A DNA stretch of 64,000 bases from Williopsis jadinii (lineage: Eukaryota): NCBI GenBank assembly GCA_024346625.1, contig AP024664.1:3906001-3970000 (forward strand), in the 5' to 3' direction. Positions within the stretch are counted from its first letter, which is position 1; every line of letters starts with the position of its first letter. A program made the position numbers and the translations under genes. The notes below the pieces were generated by a model. That model was not told where the DNA came from and searched no databases. It saw only the letters and a program-made list of their open reading frames with translations. This document shows positions 47,717 through 57,985 of this stretch, piece after piece.

Positions 47717-50062
47717 CTACGGTCTGAAGAAGTGCGTGTTTGCGATGCTCTGCTGGTGGACAACCATGTGTCTCTTGAATTCGTTGAGCTCACGTCTGAT
47801 GTGCTGGACCATCTGTGGACCGAGCTTGTAGCTTGAGACAGGCACGGAATGACGGTTGTAGACAGTGGAGGGATACGTAACGTTGACGAACACCCTGTTG
47901 TCAAACTGTACGGACTTCACCGCCTTATTATCCAGTTCACTGCCATGCTTCATGATCGACTCCACCACCACAGCGTCACCTTCGACAGGCGACCTTGGCC
48001 TGTTGGTTGTGACCACCGTCATCTGCTCAAGAGGCACGGTCTCAGGAACAAACACCGAGTTGGTGTTTGCCTGTGTCGACCACTTGGAAGAAGAGCTGAT
48101 AGATCTGATTGACCTGCGCCTTTCGATAGATTTGGATCTCAGCAGCTTCCTATGCGATTGCCCCATGTCAGGTTGTGCCAAATCAGGGAACGACGTTTCA
48201 CCAAACTCTGTGATCTTCTCAATGAACTCCATATCGTCAAACGTCATGACGTAGTCCTCGTCATCGGCATCTGAAGGCTGCACAGCTCTTTGTTTCTGTT
48301 GCGGCTCCTTATCTCTCTTCTTCAAGTCGATGCTCTTCACGTCACTTGTGCCTGAGAGCCTGGAGAACAGAGTGTCCAGTATCAGCTCGCTCTTGTAATC
48401 ATCATCGTCAAAGTCACCGTCAGCAACGTCCAATGGCAGTTGTGCAACATTGATTCCAGCGTCCTCATCGCCTTCCAAGAAGGAGAAAGTATCGTCAACG
48501 CTATTAGATTCATGTGTCCTTCCATTATCGGCGCTTATTGGTGGTTGCACCATCAATACTTGTTCCTGCTCTTGTTCCTGGTGTTGGTGATGTTCTAATG
48601 CTGGTGTTGCTGCTTGTTGTTTATCCACAGCTGGAGCATTGCAGACACTCGTGGACGAATCGTCATTGATAACTCTGGATAATGGTGATTTCGGTATTTG
48701 GTTCGTAGCGTGTTTGTTCTTCTTCTTCGATGAGAAGATCCTTGACAGGAACTTCTTCAACCCAGAAGGCTTTCTCTCAACTTCAACCTTGGTGTATCTT
48801 TTCTGCAGCGACGTTGCTGGCGGTGCTGTAGCATGCTGCTTCTCTTGAGCTATTGAAGCTTTGAGTTGCTGAGACTCCCTCTTTTGAGCAGGTAGTTGAA
48901 TCTGCGGTGGAGAAGGAACCCGTTGTGATCTGTCCTCTCTTCTCACGTCAACAGGACTCTTTGTATTCTCAACATCACCAGGTGTAGCACTGTTGCTTTT
49001 GTCGTCCGTATTAATATTATGCTCGCTGTGCTGATGCTGCCTGGTCAATGTATCGTCGGTTGTAGAGCTCAGCTCTTCAATCTTCTGTAACAATACAACG
49101 GAGCCGTCGCCAGGTTTCCCCATGAACCCACTTGTTGAGCCATTGCTGTTCACGGTAAAGTCATCAACAGACGACGGTGGCGTGCTTTCACCGAGGCTAG
49201 AGTTGGTCCTTGAGGTTCGAGATGGCGATGGTGAGGCCGACGAGGTTGGAAACGATAACGTCAGCGTATTATCTCTAATGGAGAGGGTATTACTGGTGGT
49301 CGACACACCATTGTCACTGACAATGGTGGAGGAAGAGTTTGACGATGAGTGTCCTCCAGAAGAGCTGTGATTGGACATCGGTCTCGCCAGCATTGACGGT
49401 GCAGAAGAAGGTCCTCTCGATTGCGGCACCACTGTGGTGTTCAACTTGTTTAAATTGCTGAGAGAGCCTCTCTGTTTGTTCCTTGGAATGTACACCTCAC
49501 CGTTGGGGAACATGAACGACTGCGTTGGTCTATTGGCATGACGACGTAAGGGCTGTGACTGCTGCGGCTGTGATTGTTGCTGTTGTTCGTGTATTTGTTG
49601 CTGATGTGGTGGTCCATGTTGCTGGAGTTGATAGTTATCACCGTGAAATGGCTGCCTATGAGGGAAAGCACCGTTGCTGCTGAACTGGTTGTGGTTCCGA
49701 AACGGCTGGACTTGTACTCTCTCCACGGATGGCCTTCTAGTGGTTGGAATCACGGTCAAAGACTCCGATTTCCTCAGCTTACCGGAGCCTTGTGCACGGT
49801 GTAGCCTTTGTTCATTGACAGCTATTGTCGGCGCCTGCTGGAAGCTCTGTGAGCGAGGTATGGCACGGGACTTCGAGGACACCATCGATGGCGTGCTCGA
49901 CATAGCATGCGAGTGCAATTGCTGCTTTGACCGTGAAGCCCTGGTGAACTTCGGGTCCAGATCAATCAGAGACGACGTACTGAGGTCCCTGGGGACCCTA
50001 GACTGCGGGTTCGAGCTCAAGCTCGACACAGACCCGGCCCTATGGCGTTGTGATTGGTACAT
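47717..50062 (-). CDS. Bni4/Afr1-like PP1 (Glc7)-targeting protein
   Basis: Low-complexity body; C-terminal KSVQF (RVxF-type) followed by TY...Y.R and IRRELNEFKR.M.VH..S..NTHFF. Confidence 0.7.
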   Translation of the reverse strand: MYQSQRHRAGSVSSLSSNPQSRVPRDLSTSSLIDLDPKFTRASRSKQQLHSHAMSSTPSMVSSKSRAIPRSQSFQQAPTIAVNEQRLHRAQGSGKLRKSESLTVIPTTRRPSVERVQVQPFRNHNQFSSNGAFPHRQPFHGDNYQLQQHGPPHQQQIHEQQQQSQPQQSQPLRRHANRPTQSFMFPNGEVYIPRNKQRGSLSNLNKLNTTVVPQSRGPSSAPSMLARPMSNHSSSGGHSSSNSSSTIVSDNGVSTTSNTLSIRDNTLTLSFPTSSASPSPSRTSRTNSSLGESTPPSSVDDFTVNSNGSTSGFMGKPGDGSVVLLQKIEELSSTTDDTLTRQHQHSEHNINTDDKSNSATPGDVENTKSPVDVRREDRSQRVPSPPQIQLPAQKRESQQLKASIAQEKQHATAPPATSLQKRYTKVEVERKPSGLKKFLSRIFSSKKKNKHATNQIPKSPLSRVINDDSSTSVCNAPAVDKQQAATPALEHHQHQEQEQEQVLMVQPPISADNGRTHESNSVDDTFSFLEGDEDAGINVAQLPLDVADGDFDDDDYKSELILDTLFSRLSGTSDVKSIDLKKRDKEPQQKQRAVQPSDADDEDYVMTFDDMEFIEKITEFGETSFPDLAQPDMGQSHRKLLRSKSIERRRSIRSISSSSKWSTQANTNSVFVPETVPLEQMTVVTTNRPRSPVEGDAVVVESIMKHGSELDNKAVKSVQFDNRVFVNVTYPSTVYNRHSVPVSSYKLGPQMVQHIRRELNEFKRHMVVHQQSIANTHFFRP

Positions 50063-52600
50063 TGGTGATATTGTCTGCCCTTGTTTCGGGCTGTGTAAGC
50101 TTGTTCAGGCTGAGGAGACGCTCGGACAGTACCGAGGTGTGTGAAGATGGGAGGTGTGACGGGGGTCCTTCCAGATGGCTAAAGCGAGCGTGAGTGAGGG
50201 GCACCACTGGACAATTGGCAATACGATATGGTCAGCAGCAAGTTCTCCAATGATGGCAGCGAGACGTATGTGTATATGTCTCGTATATATGTCTCGTATG
50301 TGTGCTTCAGTAGACAGGAGGAGGGATTCAAGTGCGAGCCCGCGCAAACCACTCTCACAATCGGTGTTGTTGTCTTCTCTCTGTGTGTGTGTGTTGCTGT
50401 TGCGAGCGTGTGTGCCTATGTGCGCTGTGTATGGGCCGGCGTGGGTCGTAGCGCTGTGAAGGGCAGGCTCTTGGTAGGGGAGGTTTCCTTCTGATGTTGA
50501 TAGTGTGGGCTCGCCAAAAGGGATCGAATACACACGCAAGCTGGGGAGGAGTAGTTCAGCAGTCTCGCCTTCCGTGTCTGGGATCTTCAGCCTGTTTTCA
50601 GTAGCCAGGAGCAGTAGAGAGAGAGAGAGCGATGAGAAGCAAAAGGAAAAGAAAGGAAAAGGCAGTGCTGATTGTTTTCCTTTTCCATCAGCAGCTGAGA
50701 GTGCAGTTTTGGTATTTATTTTCGCCCTTTCTTTTTCGGTTGGCCTGCGTGGGCTTGTTGACTTTGGCGGAATTTGGCGCCTTTTGGCGCATTTTCGCGC
50801 ACTTGTTCTCTGTAGCACATGCAGGCCTTTGCTCTTCAGAACCTTGTGCGTAGGTGTTAGCAGGCGCAAGCGGCTGCGAAAAAGGCAATGGCTCTGCTGC
50901 CCGGGCAAAACTCTCGCTCCCGATTGGGAAATTGGCAACCAAATTTGTCTCGTTCTGTCTCTCCCGTTTGGAGAGGGGTGTAGGGTGGCCACTGCGATCA
51001 GGCAGCGATTCCGGGTAGCAGAGGCTCTCCAGCTGGGACTTTCGGGATGTGCTGTGTGCTGGGTGCTACTCGGCTACTCTCTGAGCGTTCTTGTAGTGGC
51101 AGAATTGATATTACGGAGTGTCTTATCGGCACGTCTGTCGTCTGCGACGTGGATCGCGGCGTACGAGTTACCAGTCTCGCCAGTGCTACGGTGTTATGCT
51201 GTGTCTCTCTATTTTTAGACCTGATGCTATGCGGGAATCTATTTCAATCGTGTCGTTTTTCTGCTGTGTGTGTGTCTCTTATGGCTTGCACAGAGCCTTG
51301 GAAAGGCTTTCACTTAGGGGCGTACCGGTTGCCAGGTTACAACTCAGCGGTGGTTTCCGGCCGCTCCAGACAACCAGAGCGTGTGCAGCGTTGGAGCTGT
51401 AGACGAGGTGGTGGGAGGGAAGAGAAAGCTCGTTGTGGGGAGACATAGACGTCTTTGTCGTATAGCATGCATAGGCGACGATAGGCGGAGCACATATAAT
51501 TAGAGCTTAAACCGTAGATAATGAGGTGCTGAGATCTTAGGTTTTGCACAGACGGGTCGTCGGAGGGGCAGAGCATGGAGGATAGGGCCCGGGCTTGTGA
51601 TATTGGGTGTGTTGTGTGCTTTATATGAGTAGTATATATGTAATGGACGGGTGCCCTGCTAGGAACACCGGTATCGGCGTTGGGGAGTGCTGGAGCATCT
51701 GAGAACTACTGGGCCTTCAACAGAGTGAAAAATGACGTATTCGCAACACTGGTGGGTAAAGACAGACTCGGCTTGGAATGTATCACGGTCTAAAGCTACA
51801 TATCTCTAAGTATCGCGAGAGGACAGTTCTTACGAGCTCAATAGCTGGTCAAATGCTGGGAAGTAGAGTCCGGGGTCCGTGCTCAGACGTCAACTCAAGG
51901 CCTATTGATATTTGTACTTTCTGTTGCTGCTTGTTCAATCTCCAGTAGATCTTGCACGCACTTGTCATCAACAACTCTCACTAGAAACGGTGGCTATTCG
52001 ATTGTAGCTAACAGTAACCGGGGCTTGTACAACTCGTTCTAACAGCACGCTACTTGTACATACTCCTTTCATCTGAAACAACACGTCTGGGTCGACAACG
52101 GTCTGTTGCACTTTCAAACAACAAGCGCAAAACCTTGCCCTGCCTGAAACGAGTATGACCAACACAGGAGACAACGGCTTATAGCAATCGGCCCCAGGTT
52201 TGCTCCTACACCGGCTAGTTGTATCATCATCACAGTGCCATTCTCACCCTACATGGTTTGCATACCAGCGTCAATATGCACATGAGACACTTCAACCAAT
52301 CGGTTGCTACAGAAATTGGCCAGGTCGAGAAATGCCGACAGCGCAAGACGAAATTTTGCGCAAAAAAAAACAGATCCCGCCAAAAAGAGAGTTTCACAGA
52401 AATTATGTGGTGTTTGGGTGTTTCGGAAAGCTTATCTTCAAAGCCCTCTTTTCGCCCTACGGTGCTTTGATCTTCAGTATCTATGTAGCAGTTATTATGA
52501 AGAGATATACGTATATACAGGCTCATTAACTCGTCACGACCAGGTCGAAGGGAAGCTTCAGGGTTGTCGACAATCTGCTTGTTCTCCTGGGTTTGTTGGC

Positions 52601-54775
52601 TCATCTCAAGGACAAGTTTCTATGTCTTGCCTTGTCCTTTCCACAGATGGCACTGATTTCACGGGCACTTGCGTAGTCTCCAACTTCCTCACAGGCAACG
52701 TAGAGTGGCTTCAACGTGTAGAAGCTCCATGGGAACTGCTTCTCCGAGGACTTAACCACATGAACGGCGTCCTGGAGCAGTTTCAGGTGCGTGAGGGCCA
52801 ATACCATCTCGCGGGCAAAGTTGAAATCGAGTTGTGCCTTGGTGCGACGAGGCAAGGATTGGTATGCTGTGGTGGATCTGTACTTTCCTCTCTCAATCCA
52901 TGCTCTTTCGCACATCGAGTAGTCTTCGAATCTCTTACCAGCTGACAGGTATGTGAGATAGAGCTCGCTGTTCCTTTCAATGGAGTAGTTCATCTGTTTA
53001 ACAAAGCTCAATGCTGGTGGTGAAAGGTTGTCGTTGGGCTCAGCATTAGAACCATCGTCCTGCTGCTCCATGATGATAACATCATCTTTTCCGATTTCCT
53101 TGCATGCATAGGTGTATTGGTTCCACCGTCTTAGAAACTCATCCTTGTCCCCGTGCTCCACTGAGATTCGTAAGTAGGGTATCAATGTACGACTGTTCAA
53201 GAGCGTTCGATTCTTTGCGATGTTCCATGCCCAAATGGCATTGGATTCAGCAATGATGTGTTTTGGAGCTCTGACGTTACTGAGAGGCAGCAGAGGTGGA
53301 TACATCTCTCTACGTCTTTGAAGCTGGATGTCATCAACGTCGGTTTGGTGCAAGCCCATGAAGTCCACCATTCTTAGCACGTTACGCCGCATGTTGGATC
53401 CATCCTTATGATGGAAGATCTGGGGAACATGGCCCTCTCTGAAATCTCTGTATGCCATCATCAGATATACCAACGATTCTGCGTTCGGTTCACCTCTTTT
53501 CTCGAATATCAAGAGATACAGTGCTCTGGCGAGTTCCAGATCACCGTCACGGGCAGCCAGTCTCAGCATCGATTGGAATGTATTGACACCGAGCTCTAGT
53601 CCTGTTTCGTAGACCTTCGAAATGAAGTTGTAGCCATCGACAATGTGGTCGTTGGTCTTGGAGCATGAGCGAATCAGGGTGTCGTAGGTGAATATATCAG
53701 GCCTCAGCTTTTCGCTCAGCATCTCGTGGTAGAGATCAAAGGCTCTATGAATGTCTCTGTCCTTGCATGCCAGGTGGATCATCTTGTTGTACGCATGCAC
53801 ATCTGGCTTGCTCTTCACAGACCTGAACTTCATCATTTGGAACACCTCATCTGCTTGCTTCGAGTCATCAAGAGCCACACATAGTTGTAAGACGTTTGTA
53901 TATATCTGTAAGCTTGGTTCGATTCCCTTGTCGAACATCTTTTCAAGTGCAACGTTTATACGTGACAAGTTGGAATTTGCGACGTAGGCCTTGATGAGAT
54001 GACCATACATGTATAAAGACGGCTCGTGCACTTTAGAATAGAGATCGAACACCTCCTGAGTCTTCACAGCATCGCCATTTGCAGCGTAGTGCTTCATGAA
54101 GAAGTCATAGCTATGCCTTGTATAATCCATAGAGGCGTCTTTCATCATGGAGTCGACCATTGAGACACTTGCAACGTTGATCGACCCAGCAGGGATCTCA
54201 CTCATGAACTGGCCAACGTCCTTTGACGTCAGGCCTTTAAAGCCTTCCTTCTTGGTGTACAAGTCTGAAACCACGGCATTCCAGTTAGAACGGTCCTTGA
54301 CAACGATGTTCCTTACAGAATCGTCCAGCCTGTCCAGTATTGGCCTTGGAAGGTTGATGCCCTTAGCCGGGGTGTCAAAGAGCGATACGGAGGTATTGCT
54401 CTGGCCATCAGAGATCTTCAACGTGTCATTGTTCTTCGATCCTTCTATCATCAGCTCGTTGTACAGCATATCGATATCTGCGTCTTCTGTGTCGTGTTCA
54501 AGGTCCATCATCTGTTGAATCTTCTCCTCCTTCCTCTGAGCAATGTCTTGTTTCACGGACTGCGCGAGCTTCTGCAGCTCCCTCAGCTTATCGTCCAGCA
54601 CCCTGGCCTCATGATTGATGTGAACAGCATCGCCGCTAGCCGGTGGCCTTCTCTTGTGCTTCCTCTTCGTCTGTCGTCTCTGAGGCGCCACTATAAGAGT
54701 TCTCATGGCGATGATCTGGAATACACCTCGCTGTAGCGAGACACCTCGTCTCAGCACTCGAACCGTGGAGCTCAT
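52601..54775 (-). CDS. CCM1: Mitochondrial PPR protein Ccm1
   Basis: Arg-rich presequence from ATG 54775; several PPR repeats; DGDLELARALY, AESNAIW, WIERGKYR motifs. Confidence 0.85.
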   Translation of the reverse strand: MSSTVRVLRRGVSLQRGVFQIIAMRTLIVAPQRRQTKRKHKRRPPASGDAVHINHEARVLDDKLRELQKLAQSVKQDIAQRKEEKIQQMMDLEHDTEDADIDMLYNELMIEGSKNNDTLKISDGQSNTSVSLFDTPAKGINLPRPILDRLDDSVRNIVVKDRSNWNAVVSDLYTKKEGFKGLTSKDVGQFMSEIPAGSINVASVSMVDSMMKDASMDYTRHSYDFFMKHYAANGDAVKTQEVFDLYSKVHEPSLYMYGHLIKAYVANSNLSRINVALEKMFDKGIEPSLQIYTNVLQLCVALDDSKQADEVFQMMKFRSVKSKPDVHAYNKMIHLACKDRDIHRAFDLYHEMLSEKLRPDIFTYDTLIRSCSKTNDHIVDGYNFISKVYETGLELGVNTFQSMLRLAARDGDLELARALYLLIFEKRGEPNAESLVYLMMAYRDFREGHVPQIFHHKDGSNMRRNVLRMVDFMGLHQTDVDDIQLQRRREMYPPLLPLSNVRAPKHIIAESNAIWAWNIAKNRTLLNSRTLIPYLRISVEHGDKDEFLRRWNQYTYACKEIGKDDVIIMEQQDDGSNAEPNDNLSPPALSFVKQMNYSIERNSELYLTYLSAGKRFEDYSMCERAWIERGKYRSTTAYQSLPRRTKAQLDFNFAREMVLALTHLKLLQDAVHVVKSSEKQFPWSFYTLKPLYVACEEVGDYASAREISAICGKDKARHRNLSLR

Positions 54776-55042
54776 ACTCGTCTCGAACTCGCTGGAATCT
54801 TCTAACACACACACACACACGAGTCCACACGAGCGAGAAGCACCAAGCCATTGTATCTCATCTCGGTGTGGAACAAGTGAAAAATTATTCCGAGAGCTCA
54901 TCGCGGCGGCGATTTACCCCCATTTCGGAACATTCCGAAATGCTGTGTATGTTTACTTCCACTTCCACTTCCATGATCAGCAATATATGACATCCTCGTT
55001 GATGGAGACGATAACCTGTGGCAAAGACGCTGTGACACATCG

Positions 55043-56494
55043 ATGAAGAGGCCGCTGAGCATACGCCACGGCTCGGAATCTGTTGATTCTGCTCCAGATG
55101 GCCGCAATGTTGTTCTTAGGAGAGATGGTGTTGAATACTACACCATCGACACTTTCCACTCTTCGCCATTCTACAACGCTGTCACTCCAGTATTGGCGGT
55201 TGATCTTGTGCGAGCGGTTGACCCTTATGACATCTATGGCCATGGCGGACACAGGTTGGTGAGGGATAACGTTGTGCTTCTGAAAAACCATCCTGTTAGG
55301 CGGGTACGTGTGACAGGCTGGATCAGTGATTACACCATGAAGGAGATTAGGCAGATGATGTACTACTTCTTGTCTTTGGATGATTCAAGTGGCGAGCCAA
55401 TCAAGTGCATGGTGCGTGATGCTGTATTGGAGGAAGCTGGGCTAGCGGGACGGTGCGAGGGATCGCTGGTGGAAATCGTTGGTGTTTGCAGCAAAGTGTA
55501 CGGTGAGCTTGAAATAAAGGCCAATGCTTTGAAGCTACTCCCACGAGAAAACCATTTGACTTATGAGTTGCAGTTCTGGAGTGAAGTGTTTAGGGTACGA
55601 CGTGTTTTGGAGACACCCTGGTATCAGACACCACAGCTCGATGCTGACAATGGCGATGAGCCTCCAGTACGCATGGACGCTACTGCGCAGAGGAGGAAAT
55701 ATATGGAAAGAAATATGGTATTATCCAGTCCCCACAAGGACTATCCACCTCTGGTACTTGACTCTAGCATTTACACCAAGAGGACTGTCCTGAATGAGTC
55801 AGAGAGGAGGAAAAGGGCGGATGATCAGGATCTATCCTCGAGTTCTGATATCGAAGAGATTACCAGCGACGTTTTCGCCAATAGGCCACGCCAACTACGC
55901 ACAGAGTCCGTCCAGGTGCTCCCTGAGAGTGTATTAATGGACTCAGTATCGGTGGATGATCTCATGAAGAGACAACAAGGGCCCAGTGTTTCTGATCTGA
56001 CCATCCTACTGACCGAGTGGATCGTCGACAATGGAGAACGGCACTTCCACCTGAACAAGGCGTACCAGGATCCACTCATCAGGGACTATCTAAAGAGACT
56101 CGCTGAGAACGAACTCTCTGCCCAGGTTGTTGATCTCACTGAAGACACTACGGGGGTCAAGTCGTTGAACCAGGTGCACGGCGAGCTTTTCCACAGGGCA
56201 AGGCATCTGCTACAGAGGAGTGGTCTCATTCTATGCACAAGGTCTAAAGAGTGTTCCTCTGGCGTGCTGATCGACTTCATAGTACAGTTGCAAGACGAAA
56301 TCAACCTCATCACCACCATTGGCTCCATATTCGACCCGAGAGAGCTCCTCGCTGTTTTCAACAAAACACGGCACTTGGACGTCGACATCGAGGACCCTCT
56401 GCTCCAGTCCATGATGCTACGATACGTCAGCAACAGCAGACAGCACAGCAAGTGGTACCTGGTTCAAACCACGGGCCTTTGGCTCTTTATGTGA
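55043..56494 (+). CDS. STN1: CST telomere-capping subunit Stn1
   Basis: OB-fold motifs NHPVRRVRVTGWI, LSLDDSSG, YELQFW. Confidence 0.75.
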   Translation: MKRPLSIRHGSESVDSAPDGRNVVLRRDGVEYYTIDTFHSSPFYNAVTPVLAVDLVRAVDPYDIYGHGGHRLVRDNVVLLKNHPVRRVRVTGWISDYTMKEIRQMMYYFLSLDDSSGEPIKCMVRDAVLEEAGLAGRCEGSLVEIVGVCSKVYGELEIKANALKLLPRENHLTYELQFWSEVFRVRRVLETPWYQTPQLDADNGDEPPVRMDATAQRRKYMERNMVLSSPHKDYPPLVLDSSIYTKRTVLNESERRKRADDQDLSSSSDIEEITSDVFANRPRQLRTESVQVLPESVLMDSVSVDDLMKRQQGPSVSDLTILLTEWIVDNGERHFHLNKAYQDPLIRDYLKRLAENELSAQVVDLTEDTTGVKSLNQVHGELFHRARHLLQRSGLILCTRSKECSSGVLIDFIVQLQDEINLITTIGSIFDPRELLAVFNKTRHLDVDIEDPLLQSMMLRYVSNSRQHSKWYLVQTTGLWLFM

Positions 56495-56518
56495 TGGCCC
56501 TGGGCTCTTATGTATGAT

Positions 56519-56588
56519 GGTGTCCGGATGTGAAATTTTTCACAGCGTGGGGGGAAATTTTTCAGTTGATTTTACTATGCGATGAGCT
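56519..56588 (+). promoter_or_regulatory. Ribosome-biogenesis promoter: Rap1-type site, two RRPE, PAC
   Basis: GGTGTCCGGATGT 56519; TGAAATTTTTCA 56531; GAAATTTTTCA 56554; GCGATGAGCT 56579, all just upstream of RRP8. Confidence 0.8.
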
Positions 56589-56652
56589 TCTTATTTATCA
56601 ACAGAGGAGGGAGTGCTAGTTGCTGAAGCAAGTAGAGTGTGATTGTGATAAG

Positions 56653-57795
56653 ATGGCACTTTTCCAAGTTGACGGCTGGGATTTGAACACAAAGGTTGTG
56701 AAGGGTGGGTCTTCTTCTAAGAAGAAGAAGAACAATAAGAAGAGGGCGAGCGATGAGCTTGATGAAGGTGGTGTGGTCCAGGAGTATGCACAGGATAAGG
56801 CAAATAAGAAGAAGAAACAGGTTAAGCAGAAGAACGACAAGGCCTCTGTTGCCAAGAGTCAGACTGTGGAGTCTGTGGAGTCTGTGGAGTCTGAGATTCC
56901 ACCAAAGCTGGAGGTTCTCCCGCAGACCAAGCTTACTCCCTTACAGCAGAAGATGATGGCCAAGCTTACAGGATCGAGATTCAGATGGATCAACGAGCAG
57001 CTCTACACAATCAGCTCAGACGAGGCGTTGAAACTTGTTGAGAGCCAGCCTTCGCTGTTTGACGAGTACCATGATGGGTTCAGGTCCCAAGTTCAGTCAT
57101 GGCCGGAGAACCCTGTTGATGTGTTTGTCAACCAGATCAAGGAGAGGGCGCAGAGACCTGTGAATGCACCAGGTGGATTACCAGGACATAAGGACAAGAA
57201 AGTCGTTGTGGCTGATATGGGGTGTGGTGAGGCTCAATTGGCTCTTGATGTTGAGAAGTTCCTCAAACAGGTGAAGACGAAGAAAGGCGCTAAAAAGTTC
57301 ACCAAGAACTTGGATATTGAGGTACACAGCTTCGACCTGAAGAAAGGAAACGAGAGAATCACCGTTGCAGACATCAGAAACGTCCCTCTGGAGGATAACT
57401 CGTGTAACATTGTGATCTTTTGTCTCGCATTGATGGGAACGAACTTTCTTGATTTCATCACCGAAGCCTATAGAATCTTGGCACCAAGAGGAGAGCTATG
57501 GATCGCTGAGATCAAGTCCCGATTTGGCGAAAAGGATGGCAAAGGTGACGAGTTTGTCGAGACCCTAAAGCTCATGGGATTCTTCCATAAGAAGACCGAT
57601 GACGACAACAAGATGTTCACCAGATTTGAGTTCTTCAAGCCACCACCAGACATCCTCGCAGAGAGAAGAGCTAAACTCGAACGAAAGCAGAAGTTTGTGG
57701 AGCAGGAAGATGACAAGGAGAGGCTTGAGAAGAAGAGACAGAAGGTCCCAGAGGGCAAATGGTTGCTGAAACCGTGTATTTATAAGAGAAGATGA
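56653..57795 (+). CDS. RRP8: 25S rRNA m1A methyltransferase Rrp8
   Basis: MALFQVDGW, GSRFRWINEQLY, ADMGCGEA, LLKPCIYKRR. Confidence 0.96.
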   Translation: MALFQVDGWDLNTKVVKGGSSSKKKKNNKKRASDELDEGGVVQEYAQDKANKKKKQVKQKNDKASVAKSQTVESVESVESEIPPKLEVLPQTKLTPLQQKMMAKLTGSRFRWINEQLYTISSDEALKLVESQPSLFDEYHDGFRSQVQSWPENPVDVFVNQIKERAQRPVNAPGGLPGHKDKKVVVADMGCGEAQLALDVEKFLKQVKTKKGAKKFTKNLDIEVHSFDLKKGNERITVADIRNVPLEDNSCNIVIFCLALMGTNFLDFITEAYRILAPRGELWIAEIKSRFGEKDGKGDEFVETLKLMGFFHKKTDDDNKMFTRFEFFKPPPDILAERRAKLERKQKFVEQEDDKERLEKKRQKVPEGKWLLKPCIYKRR

Positions 57796-57985
57796 GGGTA
57801 AAAGCACAGGGAACTGGAGATTACGTAATGATTAGGTAATAAAACGACGCATTCTGCCATTTTGATGTACGGGCAAAAACGCTTTGCTTCGGGCACGACC
57901 CCCAAACGAGCCACTTCACCGTGTTGATGTTGATGTTTCACAGCATCAAAGGGTGGGAAGAGAACGTAGACAGGCGGCTGTGACG

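Noticed and set aside
52304..52945. 213-aa plus-strand ORF
   Set aside because: Overlaps the CCM1 3' end in antisense, starts at TTG and has no recognisable domain.
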